In this document: positions 1-12,498 of the stretch, one piece after another
How the letters are laid out: the number at the start of each line of letters is the position of its first letter
How positions within the stretch are numbered: position 1 is the stretch's first letter
Origin: Raja brachyura
Lineage: Eukaryota
Length of the DNA: 64,000 nucleotides
Reading direction: 5' to 3'
Assembly (NCBI GenBank): GCA_963514005.1
Contig: OY740784.1
Location: forward strand, 94,054,001-94,118,000
The notes under the pieces: generated by a model
The model's input: the letters and a program-made list of their open reading frames with translations, nothing else
Database searches by the model: none
What the model was told of the DNA's origin: nothing
Translations under genes and position numbers: made by a program

Positions 1-560
1 GGGTATGGAGGAGACCCTGGTGCGAGCCTCATCTATAGTGGGGGAGGGGAATCCCCGTTCTCTGAAGAATGAGGACATTTGTGATGACCTGGTGTGGAAC
101 ATCTCATCCTGGGAGCAGATGCGGCATAGACGGAGGAATTGGGAATAGGGGATGGAGTCCTTACAGGAGGCAGGGTGGGAGGAAGAGTAGTCCAGGTAGC
201 TGTGGGAGTCAGTTGGTTTGTAGTGGATGTCGCAGGAGTGTATCACCTGCAATAGAGATGGTGAGGTCAAGGAATGGTAGGGAAATGTCAGAAATGGTCC
301 AAGTGTATTTGAGTGCCGGATGGAAGTTGGTGGTGAAATGGATGAAGTCAGTCAGTTGTGTGTGGGTGCAGGAGGTGACACCAAAGCAGTCGTCGATGTA
401 ACGGAGGTAGAGGTCGGGGATGGGGCCTTGGTACGCCGAGAACAAGGATTGTTCGACGTACCCGACAAAGAGGCAGGCGTAGCTGGGGCCCATGCGTGTG
501 CCGATAGCTACACCTTGTGTTTGGAGGAAATGGGAGGAGTCAAAAGAGAAGTTATTGAAG
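1..560 (-). mobile_element. Penelope-like element, reverse transcriptase fragment
   Basis: ORF 209..493(-): MGPSYACLFVGYVEQ...LYLRYIDDCFG...FHPALKYTW..SLPFLDL, typical Penelope RT motifs. Confidence 0.85.
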
Positions 561-880
561 GATCAGTACCCCATTCCTGGTTTTTTCCCCATATCCCTTG
601 ATTCCTTTAGCCCTAAGAGCTAAATCTAATTCTCTCTTGAAAACATCCATTGAATTGGCTTCCACTGCCTTCTGTGGCAGAAATTTCCACAGATTCACAA
701 CTTTCTGGGTGAAGAGGTTTTTCCTTCATTTCAGTTCTAAATGGACTACCCTTATTCTTAAACTGTGACCCCTGGTTCTGGACTCCCCCAACATCGGGAA
801 CATTTTTCCTGCATCCAGCCTATCCAATCCTTTAAGAATTTTATATATTTCTGTAAGATCCGCTCTCATCCTTCTGATTC
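561..880 (-). mobile_element. CR1/HER1 LINE 3' fragment
   Basis: Same ORF2 C-terminal sequence as the other CR1 copies (SRTRGHSLRIRG, FTQKVVNLW). Confidence 0.85.
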
Positions 881-1979
881 CTTATGATTCATTTTCATCA
901 ACAGTTATCTATTTTGTTTCTCATGGATTTATTTACCCTTTCTGTCCACCATGCAAGCATGGTTACAATATACTTGCTGTCTCTGAAGAATAAGTGCTTC
1001 TTTCTAAGCATGAGATGTTATTTAATCTTCTTAATATATTGCTGAAGCCTCATGTGCATAGTTTTTCTATCCATTATTCAATTTTAATTCTGCTTTGTGG
1101 CAGAAATTCATATTCCTGCAAATGAATGTATGTTCTATTACCCTACTTCCTGATCGATATGTCATTATGTTCATTTATTTCAACTACTTCATTACGATGC
1201 AATAGCAGGTAATCTTGATCTTAAAATCAATCCCTAATTACCTACAATATGCTAAATATTCTTGAAAAATGTGGGTAATTAGGGATTAATTTTAAATTGA
1301 AGATACAGTATAACCCAGGAAGTAACTTTCAAGAGAAGCTTAAAAAGTACATAGATTGTGAGATTTCCAGGTATGTGCAATATTCTACTCACTGCATATA
1401 CACAGGATCATTTAGCGTCAATGAGTTGCATGAGTTGGAATTCTACACGGATCCTTTCTCTCTCTAATCGTAATACTGATGGAAAATCAGCAGATCTCTA
1501 GTAACTGATGGAATCTGTGTGGGTCTGGGTTATGCTGCATATTTATAATTGTTCCAAGGCATAGGTCTGTCTTCCATTGATTTTGGTAAGAAATTTGGAA
1601 AATCTTCGGAAAAATTCTGAATTGATCAATGTAATTAAATTATATGTGTAATATATTTATTGCGGTTTGTTAAAAACCATTAAAAATGTTTAAACATGTC
1701 AGCATGATGAATATTAATAACATTGGTTTCCCCAGCTACACAAGATTGATTTTCAAAATATATATGATAATTTGAAAATTATATTTTCTTGCATTGTTTG
1801 AGTATAAAATACTATTTAAAATATGCAGTAGATGAAAAGTGTTTTATACTAAAATAATGAAGGTTAAATTGTTTTACTTGTTTTCTCCTTTTACTATTTG
1901 TATAATTAACATCATATTATTTTGTAGAATTTAATGAAAACTATGATTTTAAGGTCAAACAACGGTGGTGCCATTGTTA

Positions 1980-2426
1980 ACATAGAAATAGAAAACATAG
2001 AAAATACGTGCAGGAGTAGGCCATTCGGCCCTTCGAGCCTGCACCCCCATGCAATATGATCATGGCTGATCATCCAACTCAGTATCCTGTACCTGCCTTC
2101 TCTCCATACCCCCTGATCCCTTTAGCCACAAGGGCCACATCTAACTCCCTCTTAAATATAGCAAATGAACTGGCCTCAACTATCTTCTGTGGCAGAGAAT
2201 TCCAGAGACTCACCACTCTCTGTGTGAAAAATGTTTTTCTCATCTCAGTCCTAAAAGATTTCCCCCTTATCCTTAAACTGTGACCCCTTGTTCTGGACTT
2301 CCCCAACATCGGGAACAATCTTCCTGCATCTAGCCTGTCCAACCCCTTAACAATATTGTAAGTTTCTATAGATCCCCCCTCCATCTTCTAAATTCTAGCG
2401 AGTACAATCCGAGTCTATCCAGTCTG
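1980..2426 (-). mobile_element. CR1/HER1 LINE 3' end with (CTATGTTT)n tail
   Basis: ORF 2079..2384(-) ...SRTRGHSLRIRGKSFRTEMRKTFFTQRVVSLWNSLPQ, followed by the conserved 3' UTR and microsatellite tail. Confidence 0.92.
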
Positions 2427-3437
2427 TTGGTAGTACCAAATGGAAATATGATATATGTAAATACATATACATATATAAAAAGTTAGGATAGCTTTTATAG
2501 TTGGATTAAGGTACATACAGCACAATTGTTGCTGGATAATTAATGGAGTAGTTCAAGACTATTTTAAAACCCTATTCTACCATTTGGGTGGTTCCTTCAA
2601 AATTGATGATTGCAGTATCCACAGTGCAGCCAATATTCGAATGACCCAATATTCCAATGGTGGCACTCTGAATGGGCTATTAATTAATTTCACTTCCTAA
2701 TCCATGCAAACTTTTTCTTTTTAACTCCATATTCTTAAATGTTAGAAAATTACCATTTTAATGTGGATAAATGTGAGGTTATCCACTTTGGTATCAAAAA
2801 CGGGAAGGCAGATTACTATCTAAATGGCGTCAACTTGCGAAAAGGGGAAGTACAACGGGATCTGGGGGTCCTTGTTCATCAGTCTATGAAAGTAAGCATG
2901 CAGGTATAGCAGGCAGTGAAGAAAGTGAATGGCATGTTGGCCTTCATAACAAGAAGAGTTGAGTATAGGAGCAAAGAGGTCCTTCTGCAGATGTATAGGG
3001 GCCTAGTGAGACCACACCTGGAGTGTTGTGTGCAGTTTTGGTCCCCTAATTTGTGGAAGGACATTCTTGCTAATGAGGGAGTGCAGCGTAGGTTTACAAG
3101 GTTAATTCCTTGGATGGCAGGACTGTCATATGCTGAGAGAATGGAGCGGCTGGGCTTGTATACTCTGGAGTTTAGAAGGATGAGAGGGGATCTTATTGAA
3201 ACATATAAGATTATTTAGAGGCAGGAAACATGTTCCCGATGTTGTGGGAGTCCGGAACCAGGGGCTACAGTTTAAGAATAAGGGATAAGCCATTTACAAC
3301 GGAGATGAGGAAACACTTTTTCTCACAGAAAGTTGTGAGTCTGTGGAATTCTCTGCCGCAGAGGGCAGTGGAGGCTGGTTCTCTGGATACTTTCAAGAGA
3401 GAGCTAGATAGGGCTCTTAAAGATAGCTGAGTCACGG

Positions 3438-3621
3438 GATAGAAACATAGAAACATAGAAATTAGGTGCAGGAGTAGGCCATTCGGCCCTTCGAGCCTGC
3501 ACCGCCATTCATTATGATCATGGCTGATCATCCAACTCAGTATCCCGTACCTGCCTTCTCTCCATACCCTCTGATCCCCTTAGCCACAAGGGCCACATCT
3601 AACTCCCTCTTAAATATAGCA
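3438..3621 (-). mobile_element. Antisense CR1/HER1 3' tail nested in the + strand CR1
   Basis: Near-identical to the tail at 1980-2162, in the opposite orientation to its host. Confidence 0.85.
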
Positions 3622-3716
3622 TGGGGAGATATGGGTATGGATATGGGGAGAAGGCTGGAATGGGGTACTGATTGGGGATGATCAGCCAGGATCACATTGA
3701 ATGGCGGTGCTGGTTC

Positions 3717-3920
3717 TGCAACAGCTTCTTCCCACGAGCCATCAGACTCCTGAATGCCATGTAATGGGCTGCCACCATTGTCTATTTATCCTTTTCATCC
3801 ATGCCTATCCTTCGGTTAATTTATTGTGTTGCACAGGGAGCCAAATGCAACGTAATTTCGTTTGGAACTGCATATATCAATGTATTTCTAAATGACAATA
3901 AAGTTTGTTTGACTTTGACT
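3717..3920 (+). mobile_element. Rex1/Babar (L2-group) LINE 3' end nested in a CR1 3' UTR
   Basis: Encodes (F)CNSFFPRAIRLLN, then aataaa and a (ttgac)n tail. Flanked by tggttc at 3711-3716 and 3921-3926 (probable TSD). Confidence 0.75.
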
Positions 3921-4638
3921 TGGTTCAAAGGGCCGAATGACCTACTCCTGCACCTATTGTCTATTTTGATTTATAACTGGTAATAAAGCAACAAATAGTT
4001 CTAAGATTAAGGGTTAAAAATCAAATTATAATTATATTCATTCAGATCCCTTTATCTAAGCCAATGATGTAATCCATTTCCAGTCAAATCATGTCTGGAC
4101 GCATGATCTGTCTCTCTAATCGTCTGGAAGCTTTTGGCTCTTTTGTCCGGTGAAATGTCTAAGCGGCTGAGGTTAATCCAAGAGTAACCAATATCTGCAG
4201 CTGGCATAGGAAAGGAAAGTTAGGTATTTTATGTTCATCAAAACTGCAGATTGAATCTTAATGTTCCAAAGAGTGTTGTATTGATTAAACCACTACATCA
4301 TAGAGCTGTCATGTCCAGTTCACCTTCATTTCTAAGTGTGATTGTTTTTAATGCTGAGATTTTGTTTTAATATACATAATCTGGTTATTTTAGTGCACTT
4401 TACTAATTCAAAGTGAATTATGAAAATATTCTAATGATCTACAATTTTGATAAGAATTATGAAACTATACTTTGCAAAAAGAAGTTGATTATTTTGCATA
4501 ATTGTGTAGATTAAAAAAATCAATGCGAATGCAGGAAGTAATCTGTGATTGCATTGGGGAATTGGATGATAAATGTTCAGAATGTTCTCCTCCAGAATTT
4601 AATTAATTGAGGTAAACCTAGGTGACTGTATTAAATAA

Positions 4639-4785
<147 letters not shown>

Positions 4786-6529
4786 TAAAACCTGTTTTAA
4801 CCACTTGGTTTGATATTTAACGGAACTTAGTAATGGACCAAGATTTCTTATTTCAAAATGTTTTTGTCCTCACACGTTGTTTACCTGCAATACTTTATTT
4901 TCTTTTGTTGTGATTCTGAGTTTAAAAATGTTGTATTCATGAATTCCTATGTCTAGTCTTAAAATGGAAACTACTCATTTAAATATTTTATGAAGATATA
5001 GATCTTCCCACTATTGGTGCGATTATAATGCCTCAATTCTGTGATCATAGATATTCAGTCTGTATTTTGAAGATGTTTGGTTTTATTAATCTTTTTTCCT
5101 ATGTGCTGAGATTCAATTACCTCTATGAAGTAATCCCACTTTATTGTTCTTAACTCCTGGAAGCCAGATGACCAGCTATTAGAGAAACTGTCCACTTTTT
5201 ATTTCCACTGAAAACAATTTAAATTAAGCTACAGTAGGGTTGAGTTTGAGTGAGGACCTTTATGGATTTGTATGTTAGGTTGCAAATAAAGTACATACAA
5301 TTTGGAAGGTAAATGGAAGTCTGAACAAATAGCAATTGTGGAGCAAAACAAAATTAGTTTACAGGTTCTTAGAACAACTAGGGAGATGTTTTGGAATCAA
5401 TTTGGATTAAAATAAATGATGACAGGCCAAGAAACTTTAATAAGAAATCAGGAAAAGCTCAGAGGTGCTTGGAGCAGTAATAGCTATTGGAATAATTATA
5501 CTTATTGAAAGCCCATGCATTTTAGATGTACAATAAACTCTGACATCCTTGATGTTTTAAATTTATTGATCTAGTGGCATTTGATTATTTTTTTTAAGAA
5601 TGTTTACAGCAATAAATGTTGTCAATCAGGTGTTTCAGAAATGACAATTAAAAATACAATGACAAGACCAAACAATTAAAAAATAGTGCTAGTTAATTTT
5701 ATTTGCTCTTTGTACCAATTTATTTGGTTGTTGAATTCATTAACATATGTTCAATTGAGTATTCAGATATGGGAATCCAGAATGTATTAACATCAATTTA
5801 TTTATTTAATTCTATTGGAGAGAAAAAAAGACTTTCAAACAATAGGCTATTCTAAAACAAATTGATAAAACAAATAGAGCATTTATCCATAATTGGCATT
5901 TTTTTAAATTTCCCTTCAGAGTTTCTTGATTGCTATATACCTATAATAAACTTTCTGCAGAATTGCAATTGAACGCTATAAAGAGCAAATCAGAATTAAA
6001 ATCCATTTGGATATGATATTAGTCAGCCTCATGAAAATACAAACTAGTTATGATGGTTGTGATACCAAATCATGATTGCTGTCTCATAAAATGTCTCTTT
6101 GGAAATATCTCTTTAGTACCAATGGGCAGTCAAGCAACCAGAGAATAATTCAATAATTACTATCAGTAATTCCGCTAACTTTCACCTATTTTTTCCAATC
6201 TAGTATTGGGAAAAGCTCTGAACAATTTACCTAGCTCCCTTTTGAAGGTCTGTGCTTAATTCATAATCATGTAAATATTAGCTCACCTCATTAACTTTGT
6301 GGTTAAAAAGTAAACTCTGACATTTAAATTTATACCAGGAGCATGTTCAAGCACGAGGTATGCTGTAATATTTTAGAGCCCTCCACCCTAACGGTTTCGC
6401 AGATATAAATATTTCACTTCTAACTTTACACTGAACTGTTTTGGCAGTAGTCTCCTTTTCACCTTTGTGTTGTCCTTCGTTTGTGAACTAGTTATTTACA
6501 GATGCTTCTTCTATTCTGTGACAATTATT

Positions 6530-7040
6530 GGTAGTTTGGGCTTGTTGTCACTGAAGGAAGCTGGTGACTTGAAAGAGGTATGTAAAATTATAAGAGCCAA
6601 AGATAAAGAGATATAATCTTTTTCCTGTGTAAGGGGTTTCAAAAAACAAGAGGTAACAGTTTAAGGTGCGAGATAGGACTTTTAAAGTGGATATGAGGTA
6701 TGAGATTTTTTGGACACATTATATCCCATTCATTAAGCTGAGAGGGACAAGAGTTAACACAAACCTGAGCGACAACATTTTCATTCATAGGATGTTGCGT
6801 ATATGGAACGTACTGCCAGAGGAAGTAGATGAGGCAGGTACCATATCTGGAATGTACTGCCAGAGTAGGTGATGGTGGCAGATACAATCATTATATTCAA
6901 ATGGCACGTAGATAAGTACTTGAATAGTCAAGGCATAGAATGGTATGGACCCAATGTGGGCAAAAGAGATTAGTGTAGATCAAACTAAATAATCAGTATG
7001 GATGTGGTGACCTAAAGAGCTTGTTTCCATGCTGTACATC
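6530..7040 (+). mobile_element. Old degraded CR1 3' fragment
   Basis: Degenerate IWNVLPEEVDEAGTI motif and remnants of the 3' UTR. Confidence 0.65.
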
Positions 7041-8210
7041 CGTATAAAACTTACTGATATACACACAGCTGGAAACACCCTGGCCCAAAATGATCCATGC
7101 TGATGAATAACTGCTACCCTTGGTTATAATCTCTCAATATATCCAAATGTTGGGAACACAGCCGGGTGTGGGACTGCTATATTCATTGCTGTCACCTGTC
7201 ATCTGTTTTGTCAGTTTTCCACCTTACTATGGGTTTATCCACTGCTATGATTCATTGGGTTGAGAGTCAGGGGAAAACAAGTAGCAGCCAAAACAAGTAG
7301 CAGTAACTGAAACAGGCTGGACCTTATCTGCATTCTGCCGTGCTGGTGAGAGGATCACTGAGATTTGGCTTAGAGGAGGCCATGCGTGCCTTGCAGGTTG
7401 TTTACTTCACAACCCTGAATGACGAGTTTCTAAAGAGGTTCAAATTATTGGGCCTCATCTTGTTGATGCCGGTTCAGCACCTGGAACCATCATTCACCGC
7501 CCTCTTCTTCCATGCTGGATGAAACTATTACATCAATGGTCTGATATGGAAATGAATCCATGAAGCCTAATGCTAGCTAATTTTATCGGAAACAAGAAGC
7601 AGCCACTTTGTGGAAGTAACTTACAGATTTGGCCCTATAAATCTGTCAATAATTCCATAGCAGTGGCATTAATCAGTTAAGCCCATCTTATTTAAAAGAC
7701 AAAGTTTAAAGGAGACTAGACCAAGTGGGACCCATTGGGTCCCGTCCCCAATGGGGGGGGGTCGCAGAGCATCATAGGGGAGGGCTGGTCCCCAAAAGCA
7801 ATATTCTACCACTCACCCATAGGTCCCAATACTCACCACTCTCGAGAGAGAGGGAGAGGGAGGGGGAGGGGGGAGGGAACAGAGAGGGAGGAAGGGGGGA
7901 CAGAGAAGAAGGGAGGACAGAAAGGGTGGAGGTGGGGGGTAGAGTGGGAGAGGGAGGGGGTAGAGAGGGAGGGGGGATAGGGAGTGGCAGGGGGGTAGAG
8001 AGGGAGGAGCGGCAGAGAGGGAGGGGGGTAGAGACCCTACCCCATCTTCGCTTTTCCTTCATCCTCCTCCAATTCCCTGCCTCAGGACCTACCCCGGTCG
8101 TAGAGCAGTGCCTGGGCCTGGAACTCTGCCTAATTCTTGTACTCGACCTGGCCCTGGATGTAGACCCAGGCTCGTCCTTGGTTCCAGCGGCGGCTTCTTT
8201 ATCGGCCCCA

Positions 8211-8436
8211 GTCACGGCCCCATCCCAAGCACCGGGCTCGGCTCTCACTCCAGCTCGAGCAGCAGGCTCAGCTCCAGTCCGGGCCCTTGGCACCACCCTC
8301 GTCACCAGGTGTCGGGCGTCAGTGGTCACGGACCCATCCCAAGCCCCGGGCTCGGCTCTCACTCCAGCACGAGCACCAGGCTCAGCTCCTGTCCGGGCCA
8401 GCGGCTCCACCCTCACCACCAGATGTCGGGCGTCGG
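8211..8436. repeat. Two-copy 114-bp GC-rich tandem repeat inside Helitron 1
   Basis: The unit starting gtcacgg recurs at 8211 and 8325. Confidence 0.9.
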
Positions 8437-8732
8437 GTGCTGGCAGCCACTACACGAGCGATGGAGTGGCCCTCCCTCCCGGAGTGTCCCATCCTGCCTT
8501 GCGAGTTCATTGTGACGTCACTCGGGGTTTTTTTTCTGAAATGGGTGAGTTTTCGGGCTGTTTTTAAAACTTTAAAGGATTAAAAAGTTTGGAAACATAG
8601 GTGGGAATGCGACAGGAAGATGTTTATCGCCTCGAGGGGGAAAATGTGAATAGAATGTGTGAAAATGGGAAGGCTGTGGCCTAGTGTTTGGAAGGAAATG
8701 AGAATCAAGCAGATTGTGCCCAGATTATGCCC

Positions 8733-8733
8733 A

Positions 8734-8777
<44 letters not shown>
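8733..8777. repeat. (CA)n microsatellite
   Basis: Read directly from the sequence. Confidence 0.95.
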
Positions 8778-8783
<6 letters not shown>

Positions 8784-9362
8784 CAAACACACAAACAAGA
8801 TGAGAGTTTTAGTTATATAGATGTGTGGGGCACGTTATTTACTCAGAGAGTGCTTCCACTCAGGTGCTGTGAGTTCTGAGGTGACTGATGAGGGCAGTGT
8901 GGCAGTAGCAGACTCTTTCACGGAAAGGTGCATCTCACGGGGCAGATGGATGGGTTAATTTACAAGGTGATGCTTTCCTTCTGTTGTTTGCGCTGGGCTT
9001 TTTTGAGCACTCGATGCACACCTTCACAGAAGGTACATGCAGGATCTTGCAGTCATTTGCCTATAAGTGAGACCCACTTATAGGCGACTGATATCTTATT
9101 GTAAGCTACATTAATTTAGCTATAAATTAGGTGAATCAGAATGAATGGGTGCCCTGGTTTGTGGATCTCTCTACCTTTCCTGTGTATGTCTGACAATCAG
9201 GGCAGCCAACATACTTGGGGAAGATTATTGATGAGAAAAACTTCCACTCCCTCGTGGTCTATAAACACAAGGACTTGCAGGCTAGCCTGGTAGACACGAG
9301 CCTGAACAGCACCTTGCGAACCATCATTGGGTGCCTTCAACCTACTCCAGTCGAGCAGCTCA

Positions 9363-9710
9363 GAGAAACATAGAAAATAGGTGCAGGAGGAGGTAATTCG
9401 GCTCTTTGAGCCGGCACCGCCATTCGTTGTGATCATGGGTGATCATCCCCAATCAATAACCCGTGCCTGCCTTCTCCCCGTATCCCTTGATGCCACTAGC
9501 CCCTAGAGCTCTATCTAGCTCTCTCTTAAATCCATGTAGTGACTTGGCCTCCACTGCCCTCTGTGACAGTCCTGCCATCCCAGGGATCAATCTCGTGAAC
9601 CTACGCTGCAGCCTCAATCACAAGGATGTCCTTCCTCAAATTAGGAGACCAAAACTAGACACAATACTCCAGATGTGGACTCGCCAGAGCCCTATACAAC
9701 TGCAGAAGCT
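9363..9710 (-). mobile_element. CR1/HER1 3' fragment with internal deletion
   Basis: Tail and UTR jump to the RT C-terminal region near 9565. Confidence 0.8.
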
Positions 9711-9984
9711 CCCTATACTCGCAGGCATTTTGCCTGCAGTGATCCGAAGGCAAGCAGCAACTCTGGCACTATCTCATCGTGCCATGGACCCAGATCTACT
9801 CCTCCATCAGGCTATCAGCAGAGAGCAGAGGCCTCCCCGACTGAAATCCCATCACCCCTCTGCTCCACATGGAAAATAACTCCTAGCATCCATCCAGCCA
9901 ACTGAGACAAAAGTACACTGGATAGCCACCAAGTGGTCACAGGAGTGGAAGGCAACCTCATCTTCATTACACAGCTACATCTCT
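9711..9984 (+). mobile_element. Vingi/RTE-X-like non-LTR ORF C-terminal fragment
   Basis: LPILAGILPAVIRRQAA...PPRLKSHHP resembles the LxxLAGIAPPxIRR...RLKSR motif recalled for these clades. Confidence 0.55.
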
Positions 9985-10625
9985 TCACTCCTCATCAATC
10001 TCCTGCACCTCGACAATCGGCCTCGAAGTTCTCCTTCCAATATTGGGGTTGTTGCTGGGCTGCACTGGTGGGTAATATCTTTGCCTCACTGGCCTCCCTC
10101 TGCTTGGCCCTGCCCCAGGATCCGACCCCCTTCGCATCGAACCCGACTTGCGAGATGACGTTCTGTGGGCAGGGATGTATGGTTTCATAAGCCCATTCAT
10201 TTTTGCCTCATTGTCGACGTCCCTGTTTTGCTTGACGAGATCTACGCCGAACAAGTAATCAAGTGCTTGAACGTTGGTAGCCCTACATATGCCTGCAAAC
10301 TTTGGGTTCAAAGTCGGTCGAATGGCTATCTTTCTTATGCAATTTACCTCGAAGTAAGCATTGCAAAAGAGGGCCAACATATCTTGTTGGGTTGAAGACA
10401 TCGGCTCCCCGTGGACCATCTTCCCGAATGCAGTTATGCGTGCTGCCACCAACTTGAGGACTCGCTGAAAGCGTACTTCTTGTCCCCGCATTGTTGCACT
10501 CATGGGTGCTCATATTGCCGAGTTTGCAGTGGGCACCTTGAGTGAAGCACCGTTTACAGGTGTTTTATATCGTGCTGTGGTCTCCTCCATGATGGTTTGC
10601 TGGAGCTGGTGAGAAGCCAAATCAT
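9985..10625 (-). mobile_element. DIRS-type ORF1 (gag-like) fragment
   Basis: ORF 9985..10503(-) contains IRPTLNPKFAGIC...YLFGVDLVKQ, typical of DIRS ORF1. Confidence 0.65.
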
Positions 10626-11895
10626 TCAATTATGCGCATAACATTTTTGGTTTTACATCACAGCATATTTTCTCTTTTTAACGCATGAAAGTTAAAGTTG
10701 CAGCTGATTTAACCATCATTGATCCCTTTAGGCACAGCATGTTTTAAAAACCTGCGATTGGGAAACGTTTTCAATTTTTTATGTGATTTTTACTGAGAGC
10801 AAAACGACGATTATATAGAAGAACAAACAGTACAGTAGGTCTTGCTAAAGGCCAACTTCAAAAATAATATCAGAATAATTGCATTAAAATACCAGAAAGA
10901 TAACTGTTTCTTACGGCGCTTAAGCCTGCTCAAACTTTTAATAAACCTTGGAATTTTTTAGGAGTTTAAAACTGCAAGTACAAATGACGAATAATTTCTA
11001 GCCAATTTGCTAAAATAGAGAAACTCGCATATGTTTCTTCATAGTTTTAAAACAACTTAATTAAAAACAGATTCCTCACAGAGGTTAACTTTTCAGTAAA
11101 AATGTTTGCTTTTTAAGAGAATTTCATTTTCATCTGTAAGAATAATATATACCAGGTTACCATGCGCAAATATATCAAAGAATATTTCTTAATACATCAG
11201 AGAAAATTGGCATATATTGACTGGCACAAATATGCAAAGTTTCTACACCACCGTGACGTAGTATCAGAAGCATACATCAGCTCTAAGGACAACAATAGAG
11301 TGATTAACAGGGGTGGTTGTCACAATCATGGGAATGAGATATGATCTAAATTTCAGGTGTTACCTCCACTGGCACAAATATGCAAAGTTTTTGGGTATTA
11401 TTGTATTTTTTATTTGGTTTGGTGGGACTGATTGAATCACAATGTTACATCATAAATAGCATCTTGTTTTTCTCAAGTTGTGCTGATTTGTAAATATTCT
11501 TTGTTATTTTTAGATGAACATTAATGAAGATCAATAGTTACATGTATTATAAATGTCATCTATCTCTTTGTGGCAATTGTCCCACATGTCCTGCAGGTTA
11601 TACAAATTCCTCATCACATAAATAAATCATACTTTAAAGCATGAAGAAGTGTATTTGCTGTGGTTGCCCAATCAAAACTTTCTCAGATTACATTTCTGTA
11701 GTGCATTTTTATTTATAAAACTAGACTAAGTTCACATGAGAGGGCTGGTCCCCCAACACAATATTCCACCTCTCCACCAATTCCAATATTGGTGGCCAGT
11801 GGGGGGGATTTCTGGAGAGCTAATATGGGTGTTGTGGGCTGAAGGGACTGGCTTTCAGAGGGCTGGTATGGACATTGTGGGCCGAATGTATTCTT

Positions 11896-12116
11896 GGGTG
11901 GCAGCTCAGTCACTCAGGCCTGGTAGGCTGGCATCTCAGTCACTCAGGACTAGTGGGCTGGAAGCTCAGTCACTCAGGGCTAGTGGGTTGGCAGCTCAGT
12001 CACTCAGGGCTGGTGGGCTGGCAGCTCAGTCACTCAGGGCTGGTGGGCTGGCAGCTCAGTCACTCAGAGCTGGTGGGTCGACAGCTCAGTAACTCAGGGC
12101 TGGTGGGCTGGCAGTT
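11896..12116. repeat. 30-bp minisatellite, ~7 copies
   Basis: gcagctcagt-like unit starts at 11901, 11931, 11961, 11991, 12021, 12051 and 12081. Confidence 0.95.
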
Positions 12117-12139
12117 CATGCACGGTTATTCCTTGAAAT

Positions 12140-12498
12140 TGCATTTCAAGCAGAGTGCAGCCCACCAAATTCAGTTTCATAATTTTTCAAGCAGAGTGCA
12201 GGCCACTAAATTCAGTTTCATTGCATTTCAAGCAGAGTGCAGGCGACCAAATTCAGTTTCATAGCATTTCAAGTAGAGTGCAGGCCACCAAATTCGGTTT
12301 CATAACATTTCAATCAGAGTGCAGGCCCCCAAATTCGGTTTCATAGCAATTCAAGCAGAGTTCAGGCCAACAAATTGAGTTTCATAACATTTCAAGCAGG
12401 GTGCAGGCCACCAAATTCAGGTCCATAGCATTTCAAGCAGAATGCAGGCCACAAAATTCAGGTCATAGCATTTCAAGCAGAGGGCAGGCCACCAAATT
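12140..12498. repeat. 41-bp minisatellite, ~9 copies
   Basis: cagagtgcag-like unit at 12151, 12192, 12233, 12274, 12315, 12356, 12397, 12438 and 12478. Confidence 0.95.

Larger units (their letters stand above)
2759..3965 (+). mobile_element. CR1/HER1 LINE 3' part, interrupted by two nested inserts
   Basis: ORFs 2916..3218 and 3230..3430 (LVRPHLECCVQFWSP; GYSLRIR). The 3' UTR resumes at 3921 after an insert. Confidence 0.9.
7716..8821 (-). mobile_element. Non-autonomous Helitron (copy 1, both ends intact)
   Basis: Minus strand begins a|TCTATATAACTAAAACTCTCATCTTG and ends GGGACCCAATGGGTCCC (hairpin, 7727-7743) acttggtCTAG|t. No TSD. Removing it restores a CR1 fragment (aagtttaaaggaga|tgtgtggggcacgttatttactcagagagtg). 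Confidence 0.88.

Noticed and set aside
4059-4175. Possible intronic C/D-box snoRNA (ATGATGT ... CTGA with a short terminal stem)
   Set aside because: The C box is imperfect, the stem is weak and no rRNA/snRNA guide is recognisable; consistent with chance.
7725-8583. Long overlapping ORFs (280, 215 and 135 aa)
   Set aside because: They arise from stop-poor GC/purine-rich repeats inside a Helitron, are open in several frames on both strands and show no domain motifs.
11896-12498. Regularly spaced 30- and 41-bp repeats as a CRISPR-like array
   Set aside because: Units are head-to-tail with no unique spacers, the context is eukaryotic and no cas genes are present.
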